IMG/VR virus record: IMGVR_UViG_3300032325_000820
Location: 1 to 53,937 of that record
Source of the DNA: a virus
Taxonomy: Duplodnaviria; Caudoviricetes
DNA: 53,937 nucleotides
Reading direction: 5' to 3' (one strand)
Both the position numbers and the translations under genes were made by a program. The notes under the pieces were generated by a model. It did not search any database, had not been told where the DNA came from, and saw nothing but the letters and a program-made list of their open reading frames with translations. Below, piece after piece: positions 28,459 to 37,086 of the stretch. Position 1 is the stretch's first letter; each line of letters opens with the position of its first letter.

Positions 28459-29124
28459 ATGGATTATTCTGAACCTTGTCAATATTCAATCAGATTAATA
28501 GAAAAACTGAAGTCTTTAGATACTAAAAATGTACTGGATTTAGAGTTAATAAATAAGGCTATTTATTGGGCTAAAAAGTATCATGGTGATCAGAAAAGAA
28601 AGAGTGGTGAGGCTTATTACACCCATCCTCTAGAAGTTGCTTATATGATTTCTGAACATAAGCTAAAAACCGACGTAATAGTAGCTAGTATACTGCACGA
28701 TATTATTGAGGATACGCCAGTAACCGCAGAAATGATACTTGATAATTTTGGGCAAAGAATAGCTGAGATGGTTGACAGACTTACTCGTGATAGACCAGAT
28801 GGTACTAAATTAAGTGTGGAGGAAATTTTAGAAAATGCTTATAAGCACAAAGACAAAGAAGTACTATTGATTAAATTTATTGATAGGTTACATAATATGG
28901 AAACTTTAGATTCAATGTCTGATAGTAAAAAACAGAAAATTGCTTTAGAAACTGCAACTGTCATAATACCTTTTAGTGAGGATATAAATTTAGAAAAATT
29001 ACTTAATATTTTATCAGTAAAAATTCTTTCTCCTGAAAGTGTTAATTATTTAAATAAACTATATTCCATGAAGTTTTCTTTGGATAATTACCAACTTCCT
29101 GCTCTAATTGAACAAAAGTATTAA
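28459..29124 (+). CDS. spoT: Stand-alone (p)ppGpp hydrolase (RelA/SpoT HD domain)
   Basis: H.DQKRKSGE.Y..HPLEVA; ILHDIIEDT; IK..DRLHNM.TL. Confidence 0.9.
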   Translation: MDYSEPCQYSIRLIEKLKSLDTKNVLDLELINKAIYWAKKYHGDQKRKSGEAYYTHPLEVAYMISEHKLKTDVIVASILHDIIEDTPVTAEMILDNFGQRIAEMVDRLTRDRPDGTKLSVEEILENAYKHKDKEVLLIKFIDRLHNMETLDSMSDSKKQKIALETATVIIPFSEDINLEKLLNILSVKILSPESVNYLNKLYSMKFSLDNYQLPALIEQKY

Positions 29125-30346
29125 GACCGTACAGATAACATATAACTATAGGTGTTATTATAATTAACAAACCATATATACCAAACCATAGTGTAAAATA
29201 TAATGTACCAAATGAAGTAATAAAATATATTACAATTCTTGATATAGCATACAACATTGAAGTGGCAAAAAATCTTTTTAATACTGGAAAATGCTTAAAA
29301 ATAATAGGATCTCCCGGTACAGTTGTTGGGTGAAATATTATCATAAAGTATTGTAAGATTACTATATTAGTAATGGTGTAATTATTAGCTAGGAAATAAA
29401 TTATAAGCGGAAAAAATATAATGAATATATTAATTGTGAATTTCATTATTTGTATAGGATGGATTTTTTTTGCAAAATAGATGATTATTAGACAACTTAG
29501 CAAACCCGCTAAAGAAATTTGTAAATTATGTTCTATAATTTCAGAACTAGAAAAACCGAAATCATTTTTTAAAGCGTTAGCACAATATATATATACTATA
29601 TAAACCCATAAAGGCCATGTACATTCGAGAAAAAAATAAGAAAAAGCTAATTTTTTATCAATTTTTTGTAATTTTATTGTAGTTTTTCCTGTTATTAATC
29701 GTTTTTTAGCATCTACAAAATCTGGAGTTTCTCTAAGAGCTGATCTAGCTACAGATCCAACAAGTGCTACTAAAGCACCTATGAGAAAAGCAAATCTCCA
29801 GTTTAAACCATACTTAACAGAAATTACCCCTACACCTAAAGCAGTAAAAGTTGATAATGCCGGTAATACTCTTATCAAAGCTACGGGTACGTAATTTTTA
29901 GGTTCTTTTATTGATTCTGTTAAGTATAACACAGCTCCTATAATTTCTCCCATAGATGACATGCCTTGAACCATTCTACATATTGTAACTAACCAAGAAG
30001 CTGTAATACCTATTTGTGCATATGTAGGAAGAAAAAACATGGTTAAAGAAGATAAAGCCATTAAAAATGTTGTTATTATAACAGTGTATTTTCTTCCAAT
30101 ATTGTCCCCTATATAGCCAAATATAAATGCACCGACAGGACGCATTAAATAAGTTGAAAAGAAAGCAAAGGAAGCAAGTAAAGAAGATACGTAAGGGTCA
30201 TGTTCAGGAAAAAATAATTCATTAAGAATTACTGCCATATGAACAAACAACATAAGGTCGAAGTACTCCAAAAATGTGCCTATAGATAGTAATCCTATGG
30301 CTTCTTTTTGCTCTCTTGTAAGGCTTCGTTCTTCTTTTACTTCCAT
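29042..30346 (-). CDS. proP: MFS proline/betaine transporter (rickettsial ProP family)
   Basis: LTREQKEAIGLLSIGTFLEYFDLML; RP.GA.IFG.IGD.IGRK; LRETPDF. Confidence 0.88.
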   Translation of the reverse strand: MEVKEERSLTREQKEAIGLLSIGTFLEYFDLMLFVHMAVILNELFFPEHDPYVSSLLASFAFFSTYLMRPVGAFIFGYIGDNIGRKYTVIITTFLMALSSLTMFFLPTYAQIGITASWLVTICRMVQGMSSMGEIIGAVLYLTESIKEPKNYVPVALIRVLPALSTFTALGVGVISVKYGLNWRFAFLIGALVALVGSVARSALRETPDFVDAKKRLITGKTTIKLQKIDKKLAFSYFFLECTWPLWVYIVYIYCANALKNDFGFSSSEIIEHNLQISLAGLLSCLIIIYFAKKIHPIQIMKFTINIFIIFFPLIIYFLANNYTITNIVILQYFMIIFHPTTVPGDPIIFKHFPVLKRFFATSMLYAISRIVIYFITSFGTLYFTLWFGIYGLLIIITPIVICYLYGLNTFVQLEQEVGNYPKKTSWNIVYLNN

Positions 30347-30447
30347 ATGGACAGATAATTAATTGTGATAATCAATCAAAGCTCAATAGCTGACATATTA
30401 CAACTAAGTGCAGTTAAAATTATGATATATTTTTTACTTATTGATTT

Positions 30448-31872
30448 TTATGCCATAGTTTTTTTTAACTTACTTTTAATACCGAAGCATTTTAACAATT
30501 CCCATTTTTCTACAATGTAGTGTCCAGTGATTAATAAAATAGCATTCAATATCATTCCTATGAAATTGATATCAGTATCAATAGGGACTATAAATCTAAA
30601 TATTATTACAAAGCAAAAACATGTAATAATAGTGAACAAACAGACTCTTGAAGTTGTTGTCCATTGAAAAATTATCCCCAGTAACGGTACGCTAATAATT
30701 GGTAAATAAAAACTAGCACTTAACAATATAAATTTAAACAAACTATCTTCTTTAAATCCCCAAATAATAGAGATTAAACCTATAAATAAAGTTATATAAC
30801 GGGCTAATAATACTTTTTGCAAAGAATTTTTTTTACTAAATATAAAAAAATCATTTGCTATTAAAATTGAGGAAATATTTAAGTTAGAGTCGGCTGTAGA
30901 CATACACATAGCGATGATTCCTATAATCAATATAGCTTTTGTTCCGGGTATAGAATACATATTTAACAAAAACGGTAAAATTTGCTTACCTGTTATTTCA
31001 GGATTTTTTAAGAAAATCAAATAACTGACGTAACAAGATAAACATAAAACAATAAATAGACATATAGAAGAGTAAAAATAAGATTTTTTTACTTGTTCTA
31101 AATCTTTTCCCATTGATACACGCTGGATTACTTGTGGTTTTAATCCTGGTATTAAAAAATATCCAGTCAGTAAAATTAAATCTAAAAGTTCACTACTAGT
31201 TATTTTTAACAAACTTTTAAACTTAAATCGTTCTACAGATTCTTCAGATATATTTTGTGCTATATCTAGTATATTGTCCATTGTATCAAAAGTTACAATA
31301 GCTATAATTAATGCGACAGAAAAACATATTGCTTGAACTATATCAGTTCTTACTACTGCCCGTATACCACCGCTACAAGTATAAAGAGTGGTGAATGCTC
31401 CTCCTAAAAATATACTTGTATATAAAGATAAATCCGGGAATAGATAATTAATCACATTGCCCATGATTTTAAATTGAATAGCTATACCACCACATGTTGT
31501 TATAACACCAAGTATAGTAGTAATGTTTCTGATAATTTCTCCATAATGTTGATTCATTATTGAGGATACTGATGTTTTTCCTAAAAATGCTTCCATTCTA
31601 GGAACTAGCCATATAGCCATTATAGTTAGATTGAGACACATACCTATAGAGGCTAAAAAGTATTTCATCCCATCTCGATTAAACTCTTCTAAATCAAGGA
31701 TAAATCCACTACCACTAACCCAAGTTGCAGTAATAGTAGATCCTAGAGCGAAAGTAGAAAATACCCTGTTACCAATAGCGTAACTATTGATAGTTTCATT
31801 TTTATTAAAACTCTTAAATATTTCTTTTATTAAATATCCAAAAAAGATAGCAATTAAAAAATAATCTATCAT
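30448..31872 (-). CDS. Sodium:solute symporter family (PutP/PanF-like)
   Basis: YAIG.R; TITATW.SG; YT..GGI.AV..TD..Q; AM.MSTADS. Confidence 0.88.
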   Translation of the reverse strand: MIDYFLIAIFFGYLIKEIFKSFNKNETINSYAIGNRVFSTFALGSTITATWVSGSGFILDLEEFNRDGMKYFLASIGMCLNLTIMAIWLVPRMEAFLGKTSVSSIMNQHYGEIIRNITTILGVITTCGGIAIQFKIMGNVINYLFPDLSLYTSIFLGGAFTTLYTCSGGIRAVVRTDIVQAICFSVALIIAIVTFDTMDNILDIAQNISEESVERFKFKSLLKITSSELLDLILLTGYFLIPGLKPQVIQRVSMGKDLEQVKKSYFYSSICLFIVLCLSCYVSYLIFLKNPEITGKQILPFLLNMYSIPGTKAILIIGIIAMCMSTADSNLNISSILIANDFFIFSKKNSLQKVLLARYITLFIGLISIIWGFKEDSLFKFILLSASFYLPIISVPLLGIIFQWTTTSRVCLFTIITCFCFVIIFRFIVPIDTDINFIGMILNAILLITGHYIVEKWELLKCFGIKSKLKKTMA

Positions 31873-31897
31873 AACTCAACCTCATTTTTTACCTATT

Positions 31898-31920
31898 TTA
31901 CCTGTAAATATTACAGGTAA
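31898..31920. promoter_or_regulatory. Palindromic operator candidate between divergent genes
   Basis: ttacctgtaa-ata-ttacaggtaa perfect 10-bp inverted repeat. Confidence 0.5.
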
Positions 31921-31981
31921 TTCTGTTTGGTTAAATATTTTTCTACAGTTAATATTTATAAGTTTTATTTATAAAATTTTT

Positions 31982-32296
31982 ATGACACACAAAAAGTTAT
32001 TGTGCGATACAACTGTTTTATATCCAAGGCTAAGAAATTTAGGAGTAAGAAAACCTATCTATTTATGGGCATTCCAAGAATTAATAATCAATTTAAAAAG
32101 TGATGAAGGCATAGTACGTGACAGTGATTTAGTATTGTGGTGGCCTAATATTAGTGAATCCACAAGATATCAAATACTAAGAATTTTAGTTTTTTACAAG
32201 ATAATTAACATCGAAAAAGACTCAGATGATAGAAGACAGCGACACATTGTTATCATTGTAAAATACCAAGATACTTTATACTCAGTAAATAATTAA
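31982..32296 (+). CDS. Winged-helix regulator
   Basis: ISEST.Y..L..LV...II......DDRR MarR-like wing. Confidence 0.6.
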   Translation: MTHKKLLCDTTVLYPRLRNLGVRKPIYLWAFQELIINLKSDEGIVRDSDLVLWWPNISESTRYQILRILVFYKIINIEKDSDDRRQRHIVIIVKYQDTLYSVNN

Positions 32297-32310
32297 AAAT
32301 TATCTATTTT

Positions 32311-32457
32311 ATGACCTCTCTCTTTTTCTACATTCTCTCTAAAATCCGCCAATTACTAGCATCAAGAGCTGAACATACACGAATTCGAGTAATAAAGGAA
32401 GCCTTACAAATTTACGCAGCAAGGCGGGGAATTAACCTAAATAAACAAAACAACTAA
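32311..32457 (+). CDS. Small ORF, 48 aa (MTSLFFYILSKIRQLL...KQNN)
   Basis: Open frame filling the gap and ending 5 nt before the next ATG; no clear RBS. Confidence 0.35.
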   Translation: MTSLFFYILSKIRQLLASRAEHTRIRVIKEALQIYAARRGINLNKQNN

Positions 32458-32462
32458 GGAAT

Positions 32463-32741
32463 ATGAATAAAGCACAAGAGATCAAGGTAGTAGCTTCAAG
32501 AATGAGGATGGTTTTAAGGCAAACTGAAGAGATGCCCATGGAGGCAATGTTTTGGCAAGATTTAAAGACTTTGCTTAACTTAATTCTAGAGGTAGGAGTC
32601 AATAGTGCAGACATTAAAACGATAGCCGAGAGATTAAGAAGAATGACTAAAGCAGGAGACCAAGCACTACTCCACGGCGTTTTCTGGGATGATCTAAATA
32701 CATTGTTGAATTTAATTTTAGAAGAGGGAAAGGATGAGTAA
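32463..32741 (+). CDS. Small protein made of two tandem ~43-aa repeats
   Basis: 2x IK..A.R.R...FW.DL.TLLNLILE.G. Confidence 0.65.
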   Translation: MNKAQEIKVVASRMRMVLRQTEEMPMEAMFWQDLKTLLNLILEVGVNSADIKTIAERLRRMTKAGDQALLHGVFWDDLNTLLNLILEEGKDE

Positions 32742-33042
32742 GGAGAAAGAGAGATTATATAAAATCATACTTACCCCAAGTCAGAGACGAGATTATCTGG
32801 CCATTGAGTTGTACTTGGATATAAAAGATAATTTAAAAAAAAATAAACAATCTATTTTTAAAACCAGTTATTCATATTTTACTAAAAAATATAAATGTTC
32901 CAATGAAAACATAAGAAAGAAGTTTGTTCTTCTAGAAAATCTTGGATTAATTAAAAGAAGTTTTACAGATGAGATTTCACCATCTGGTTATACAGCTAAT
33001 AATGTACTAAATCTAACTTTGTTAAGTGGAGGTAGAGCATGA
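32734..33042 (+). CDS. Winged-helix protein resembling the N-terminal module of rickettsial DnaA-N-like Rep
   Basis: TSY.YF..KY....E.IR..FV.LE.LGLIKR.F. Confidence 0.55.
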   Translation: MSKEKERLYKIILTPSQRRDYLAIELYLDIKDNLKKNKQSIFKTSYSYFTKKYKCSNENIRKKFVLLENLGLIKRSFTDEISPSGYTANNVLNLTLLSGGRA

Positions 33043-34454
33043 AAGCTGCCTCTAATGTATCCTACGTAGATTTTCAGAAAAAGAATCTTAGTGAAAAGGA
33101 TATTTATAATACGTGTTATGATAAATGGCTTGATATAAAAAGAGCTTGTGATCCATCAAAGACAATAGCATGTGAAGCTATTACATTTATCGCAGCTATA
33201 GAATTTCTTTTTTCAAAGAATCCTGATGAAGTTATTTTTAATAGTAAATTTCTTCAATCAAAATGTAAACAAGGAGCAAGACAGCGTAGTAGGTTTTTAG
33301 CTCAATTAGCTGATTTATACGAGATAACATCGCACACTTCATATAATTATAAAGAAAAAGAATATCATTTTGTCTACTCTGCAAAACGTACTAAAGATTC
33401 ATTAGAAATTTTAAAAAATCCAAAAGAATTTTATAGAAAAAGTGCAATAAAATTAGTTAAAACCTCTGACAAAAATGACTTGCATACAAGTCAAAAATGT
33501 CTGGTATCCCCGACAAATTTGTCCGCCATACATATCGCTAACCCAGCTTCTTCTCAAGGTTTGCAGGAACATAGAAACTCAGTAGAAACAGTAGTAGAAG
33601 ATAAACCCCTTAGCTACGCTAAAGGGGGTTTATCTTCGTATAAGTCTAGTATCTTAGAAACGGATACTAATACGCGCGCACGCGACCCTATCCAACAAAA
33701 GCACGCAACTTTTGCTCCTTGCTTGCTTACGCAGCTGGAGCAAGTTGCTCTTGTATCAGAAAATCAAAATAAACCAAACCGGTCTGTTACAAATTGTGAC
33801 AGGCTTCAACCAGCAAAGGAAACCCCAAGAATGAAACAAGACGATATTACGCTACTTGCGGATGAACAAACAAGAAAAATGCTACTCTCTCAAGCTCTAT
33901 GGAAGGCTTTAGGAGAAGAGCGAGCAGGTCAAATACAGGATGGTTGCATATTTAAGGAACTTGAGCCTGATAAGGTCGGTATTTACACAGGGGATACGCT
34001 TTTAAGCGATGTTGAAAAAGATAAAATCCCCAAAGCTATTAAGTCGGTTTATGGCCAAAACGTTAAAATTACGGGATTGAGGCTTGCCTCTAAGGCTAAG
34101 GAGCAGGAACACCCGAGTAACGATAATGCACAAGTTGATATAACCCCCAAACCAAGACCCGAGAAGCAAAATTGGTTAAAATTCAAATCCCTCATCATAA
34201 CCAGTAATCTGACCAACATGCTAAACAATCCCATGCTAAAAATTATTGAAATACCGGGCAAGGTGATTATAGAAACCGTACCTTTCCTGATTGAGCGACT
34301 AACAGCTCCGGGGCATATAGACGAACTTGAGAGAGTTATTTTAGAGACAGGTTTAACATTGGAATTATCACCTAGTAATCCTCATCCTGAATATAAGAAT
34401 TTTCACAAAGACCCGATAGTTCTAAGTCCTGAAAAGATATTGAGAGATCAGTAA
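33039..34454 (+). CDS. Second replication initiator paralogue
   Basis: N-terminus aligns by eye with 26433 (W..IKRA; V.FN.K; QL....I..H.S..Y..K.Y.F.Y); internal iterons. Confidence 0.6.
   Translation: MKAASNVSYVDFQKKNLSEKDIYNTCYDKWLDIKRACDPSKTIACEAITFIAAIEFLFSKNPDEVIFNSKFLQSKCKQGARQRSRFLAQLADLYEITSHTSYNYKEKEYHFVYSAKRTKDSLEILKNPKEFYRKSAIKLVKTSDKNDLHTSQKCLVSPTNLSAIHIANPASSQGLQEHRNSVETVVEDKPLSYAKGGLSSYKSSILETDTNTRARDPIQQKHATFAPCLLTQLEQVALVSENQNKPNRSVTNCDRLQPAKETPRMKQDDITLLADEQTRKMLLSQALWKALGEERAGQIQDGCIFKELEPDKVGIYTGDTLLSDVEKDKIPKAIKSVYGQNVKITGLRLASKAKEQEHPSNDNAQVDITPKPRPEKQNWLKFKSLIITSNLTNMLNNPMLKIIEIPGKVIIETVPFLIERLTAPGHIDELERVILETGLTLELSPSNPHPEYKNFHKDPIVLSPEKILRDQ
33468..33523. repeat. Three 12-bp iterons at 22-bp period (candidate origin)
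   Basis: gacaaaaatgac 33468, gtcaaaaatgtc 33490, gacaaatttgtc 33512. Confidence 0.6.
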
Positions 34455-34525
34455 TTTAGAGCAAATTACAAACCGATGGTTTTAAGCGAAATACTTGAAG
34501 AAGCAAAAAGGAATAAGGAGGAAAA

Positions 34526-35545
34526 ATGAATGTATTTGATATTTTCTCAGGCGTAGGCGGTTTTTCAGTAGGCTTGGAAGCTGCAAGCATGCAGACGGTT
34601 GCCTTTTGTGAGATTAATCCATTTTGCCGGAAAATATTAAAAAAACACTGGCCGTCCGTACCGATATTTCCTGATATTACTACCATACATAAGGAAGACT
34701 TAAAAACGCTCCCAACAATTGACGTAATTGCAGGAGGATTTCCGTGTCAGGATATATCGGTAGCAGGCAAGCAGAAAGGAATAGAGGCTAAACGCTCGGG
34801 ACTATGGAAAGAATTTGCGAGGTTAATCAATGAAATCAGACCCAAATATGCAATTATCGAAAACGTGGCAAATCTTCGCAGTAAAGGACTTATCAACGTC
34901 CTGCAAGATTTATGGGCGATCGGGTATGATGCGGAGTGGCATTGCATACCGGCTTCCGCCTTTGGTGCACCTCACAGACGGGATAGAATCTGGATTATTG
35001 CCCACACCTCTTGCATCGGCAAAGTCGGATTGTCCGTCGGAAAGAAGGAGGCAGAGTCCGCACTTGGAGACGGTTGTAAAAATGCTCCCGACCCCGACTG
35101 CAAGCGATGGGGCAGTAGGGCATATAATAAGCAAAGAGGATACTTACCTGATAACGAAAACCGGCAACATTCGGAAATACAACAGGAATGGAATATCGGG
35201 GAGTCTAGGATTAGCCAGATATGTAAGGTTCTTCCCGACCCCGACCAGCAGGGATTACAAAGATGTAGGGGATTTGAAGAAATTAGCCCAATATGCACAC
35301 AAGAGCAGATTGGCATGTACTATTGCAGCAGAGGAATTAAGCAATGGGGGAAAGAGCCTTTAGAAGTACCAAGATTAAAAGATGAGAGATTAAATCCCGA
35401 TTGGGTAGAATGGCTTATGGGCTATCCTATTAGCTGGACGGAGGGAGGAAGTCGTAGAGAGCGCCTTATGGCACTCGGTAATAGCGTTGTACCTTTGATT
35501 CCTGAGTTTTTAGGAGAAGCAATTATAAATCAGCAGTTAGTTTAA
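34526..35545 (+). CDS. DNA (cytosine-5)-methyltransferase, large (alpha) polypeptide
   Basis: FSGVGG (I), GFPCQ (IV), ENV (VI), HRRDR (VIII), LNP.WVEWLMGYP (IX), LGNSV (X). Confidence 0.92.
   Translation: MNVFDIFSGVGGFSVGLEAASMQTVAFCEINPFCRKILKKHWPSVPIFPDITTIHKEDLKTLPTIDVIAGGFPCQDISVAGKQKGIEAKRSGLWKEFARLINEIRPKYAIIENVANLRSKGLINVLQDLWAIGYDAEWHCIPASAFGAPHRRDRIWIIAHTSCIGKVGLSVGKKEAESALGDGCKNAPDPDCKRWGSRAYNKQRGYLPDNENRQHSEIQQEWNIGESRISQICKVLPDPDQQGLQRCRGFEEISPICTQEQIGMYYCSRGIKQWGKEPLEVPRLKDERLNPDWVEWLMGYPISWTEGGSRRERLMALGNSVVPLIPEFLGEAIINQQLV
34830..35363 (+). CDS. Nested +1-frame methyltransferase small (beta/TRD) polypeptide
   Basis: 177 aa open frame inside the MTase; RSGMMRSG..Y.LP and three LPTP.AS/PTPT..D repeats typical of M.EcoHK31I-type beta chains. 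Confidence 0.7.
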   Translation: MKSDPNMQLSKTWQIFAVKDLSTSCKIYGRSGMMRSGIAYRLPPLVHLTDGIESGLLPTPLASAKSDCPSERRRQSPHLETVVKMLPTPTASDGAVGHIISKEDTYLITKTGNIRKYNRNGISGSLGLARYVRFFPTPTSRDYKDVGDLKKLAQYAHKSRLACTIAAEELSNGGKSL

Positions 35546-35567
35546 TAATAAAACAAGGAGCAAATAG

Positions 35568-35888
35568 ATGAGTATAAATACAAACAATAAAAAATTAACA
35601 GTTAAAGCATTAGAAAAAATGCGAACAACTTTAGAGGAATTAACTAACGAATATGATTTAAAAAATACAGTTATCTTATCAAGTGAAGAGGGACTTTTGA
35701 CATGTAATCGTGATCTACCTAGTGATCTTATTATAAGACTGCTTTATGGTTCTTTGGGTCAAATATATCATTTCACTTTTAAAGAAAATAATAGAGAAGA
35801 AGAGGCTAAAAAATGGATAAATAAAAGTATAGAAGTAGCCACTGATGAAATGCGTAAATATATATTTGAGGAGCAAAACAATGAGTAA
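35568..35888 (+). CDS. Hypothetical protein
   Basis: AAGGAG RBS; 106 aa. Confidence 0.6.
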   Translation: MSINTNNKKLTVKALEKMRTTLEELTNEYDLKNTVILSSEEGLLTCNRDLPSDLIIRLLYGSLGQIYHFTFKENNREEEAKKWINKSIEVATDEMRKYIFEEQNNE

Positions 35889-36465
35889 ATGGAATAACTT
35901 TAACGATGCCGAGGATCAAATGTCTTATGAGCTAATACCGCATAAAACCATAGCAAAGGTCAGGTTATTACTTAAAAAAGGCAACCACGTTACAAAAGAG
36001 TGGCCGGAAGGCTATGCTACTAAGAGTAAAGCCGGTACTTGCGTATATCTTGCCTGTGAGTTTGTCGTTTTAAGTGGAGAGTACGAGAATAGGAAAGTAT
36101 GGAGCAACATCGGGCTTCATAGCGATAATTCTGAGAAATATGGCGAAATCGGAAGGAGTATGATCAAAGCCATTCTTAACTCTGCTCGCGGTTTGCATTC
36201 CAAGGATAAATCACCAGAAGCAGAAAAGCAGAGACAGATTAAGAGCTTTGCTGATCTTGATAACCTTATATGTGTAGCTGAAATTACCATTAATGATCAA
36301 GGCGATAAGCCCCGTAATGAGATCAAGACTATTATTACCTCTGATCATGCCAGATATAACGAATTTATGGACGAGAGAAGCGGAAAGTTTCCGATTAACT
36401 ATAAAAAGGTCGGTGATAAACAAACTGATGATGCTTTTGAAGAAGATAAATTACCGTGGGTATAA
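35881..36465 (+). CDS. Phage ssDNA-binding protein-like (DUF669-type)
   Basis: FNDAE..; YL.CEFVV..GEY..RKVW; acidic tail DDAFEEDKLPWV; GAGGAG before ATG 35881. Confidence 0.6.
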   Translation: MSKWNNFNDAEDQMSYELIPHKTIAKVRLLLKKGNHVTKEWPEGYATKSKAGTCVYLACEFVVLSGEYENRKVWSNIGLHSDNSEKYGEIGRSMIKAILNSARGLHSKDKSPEAEKQRQIKSFADLDNLICVAEITINDQGDKPRNEIKTIITSDHARYNEFMDERSGKFPINYKKVGDKQTDDAFEEDKLPWV

Positions 36466-36467
36466 TA

Positions 36468-36806
36468 ATGAGCCAAGAGATACAAAGACATATTACCGGC
36501 ATCTACAATGAGTTAGACCAATATCATGATAACAGGGGTTTAACTGAAATTTGTTATTGGCATTCTTGTAAGCATTTTAAGTATAACGAGGCTTTTCAGG
36601 TAGCTTTTTTTCAAATGGAGAGGCAGATAAAACTGGTTACTAAAAATTTAGCTCAGTTATCGGAGTCAATAGATGATTTAGAGATACATGTTAATCGGTG
36701 TAAGCAGTTGGTTTTGTTAGAAAAAGAGAAGGATACCGAATTTGCAGAAGTTTATAATGAGTATCACGCAAAATTAAATGGAGTAGCAGATGAAGGGAAA
36801 ATGTGA
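36468..36806 (+). CDS. Hypothetical coiled-coil protein
   Basis: Operon position; ATG 36468. Confidence 0.55.
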   Translation: MSQEIQRHITGIYNELDQYHDNRGLTEICYWHSCKHFKYNEAFQVAFFQMERQIKLVTKNLAQLSESIDDLEIHVNRCKQLVLLEKEKDTEFAEVYNEYHAKLNGVADEGKM

Positions 36807-37086
36807 AGAGGTTGTAATAGACCGTTATTTAAGAGGTAATATTAGCAATGAGTTTAAAGATGAGCTTTTGTGGGTCATTAACCTAAGGCGTGATAACGGC
36901 CAATATTTAGAAATATTATTTAGATTGTTAGAAGATGAAAGCTCGGAAAAGCTTAAGATTCTGGAGACTATAGTAAATATGATAAAAAGACAAGTGGTTG
37001 CCGATAGTAGGGACGTTCAACTAAAAGATCCGAAAAAGTTTGTAAACAAGTTGATGGAGGAGTTAGAACATGAGCTATCTGAGTAA
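36790..37086 (+). CDS. Hypothetical protein
   Basis: Overlaps both neighbours; GGAG RBS. Confidence 0.55.
   Translation: MKGKCEEVVIDRYLRGNISNEFKDELLWVINLRRDNGQYLEILFRLLEDESSEKLKILETIVNMIKRQVVADSRDVQLKDPKKFVNKLMEELEHELSE

Noticed and set aside
33784-33802. Small palindrome ctgttacaa-a-ttgtgacag in Rep2 as a rickettsial palindromic element
   Set aside because: Single short imperfect copy; far shorter than RPEs.
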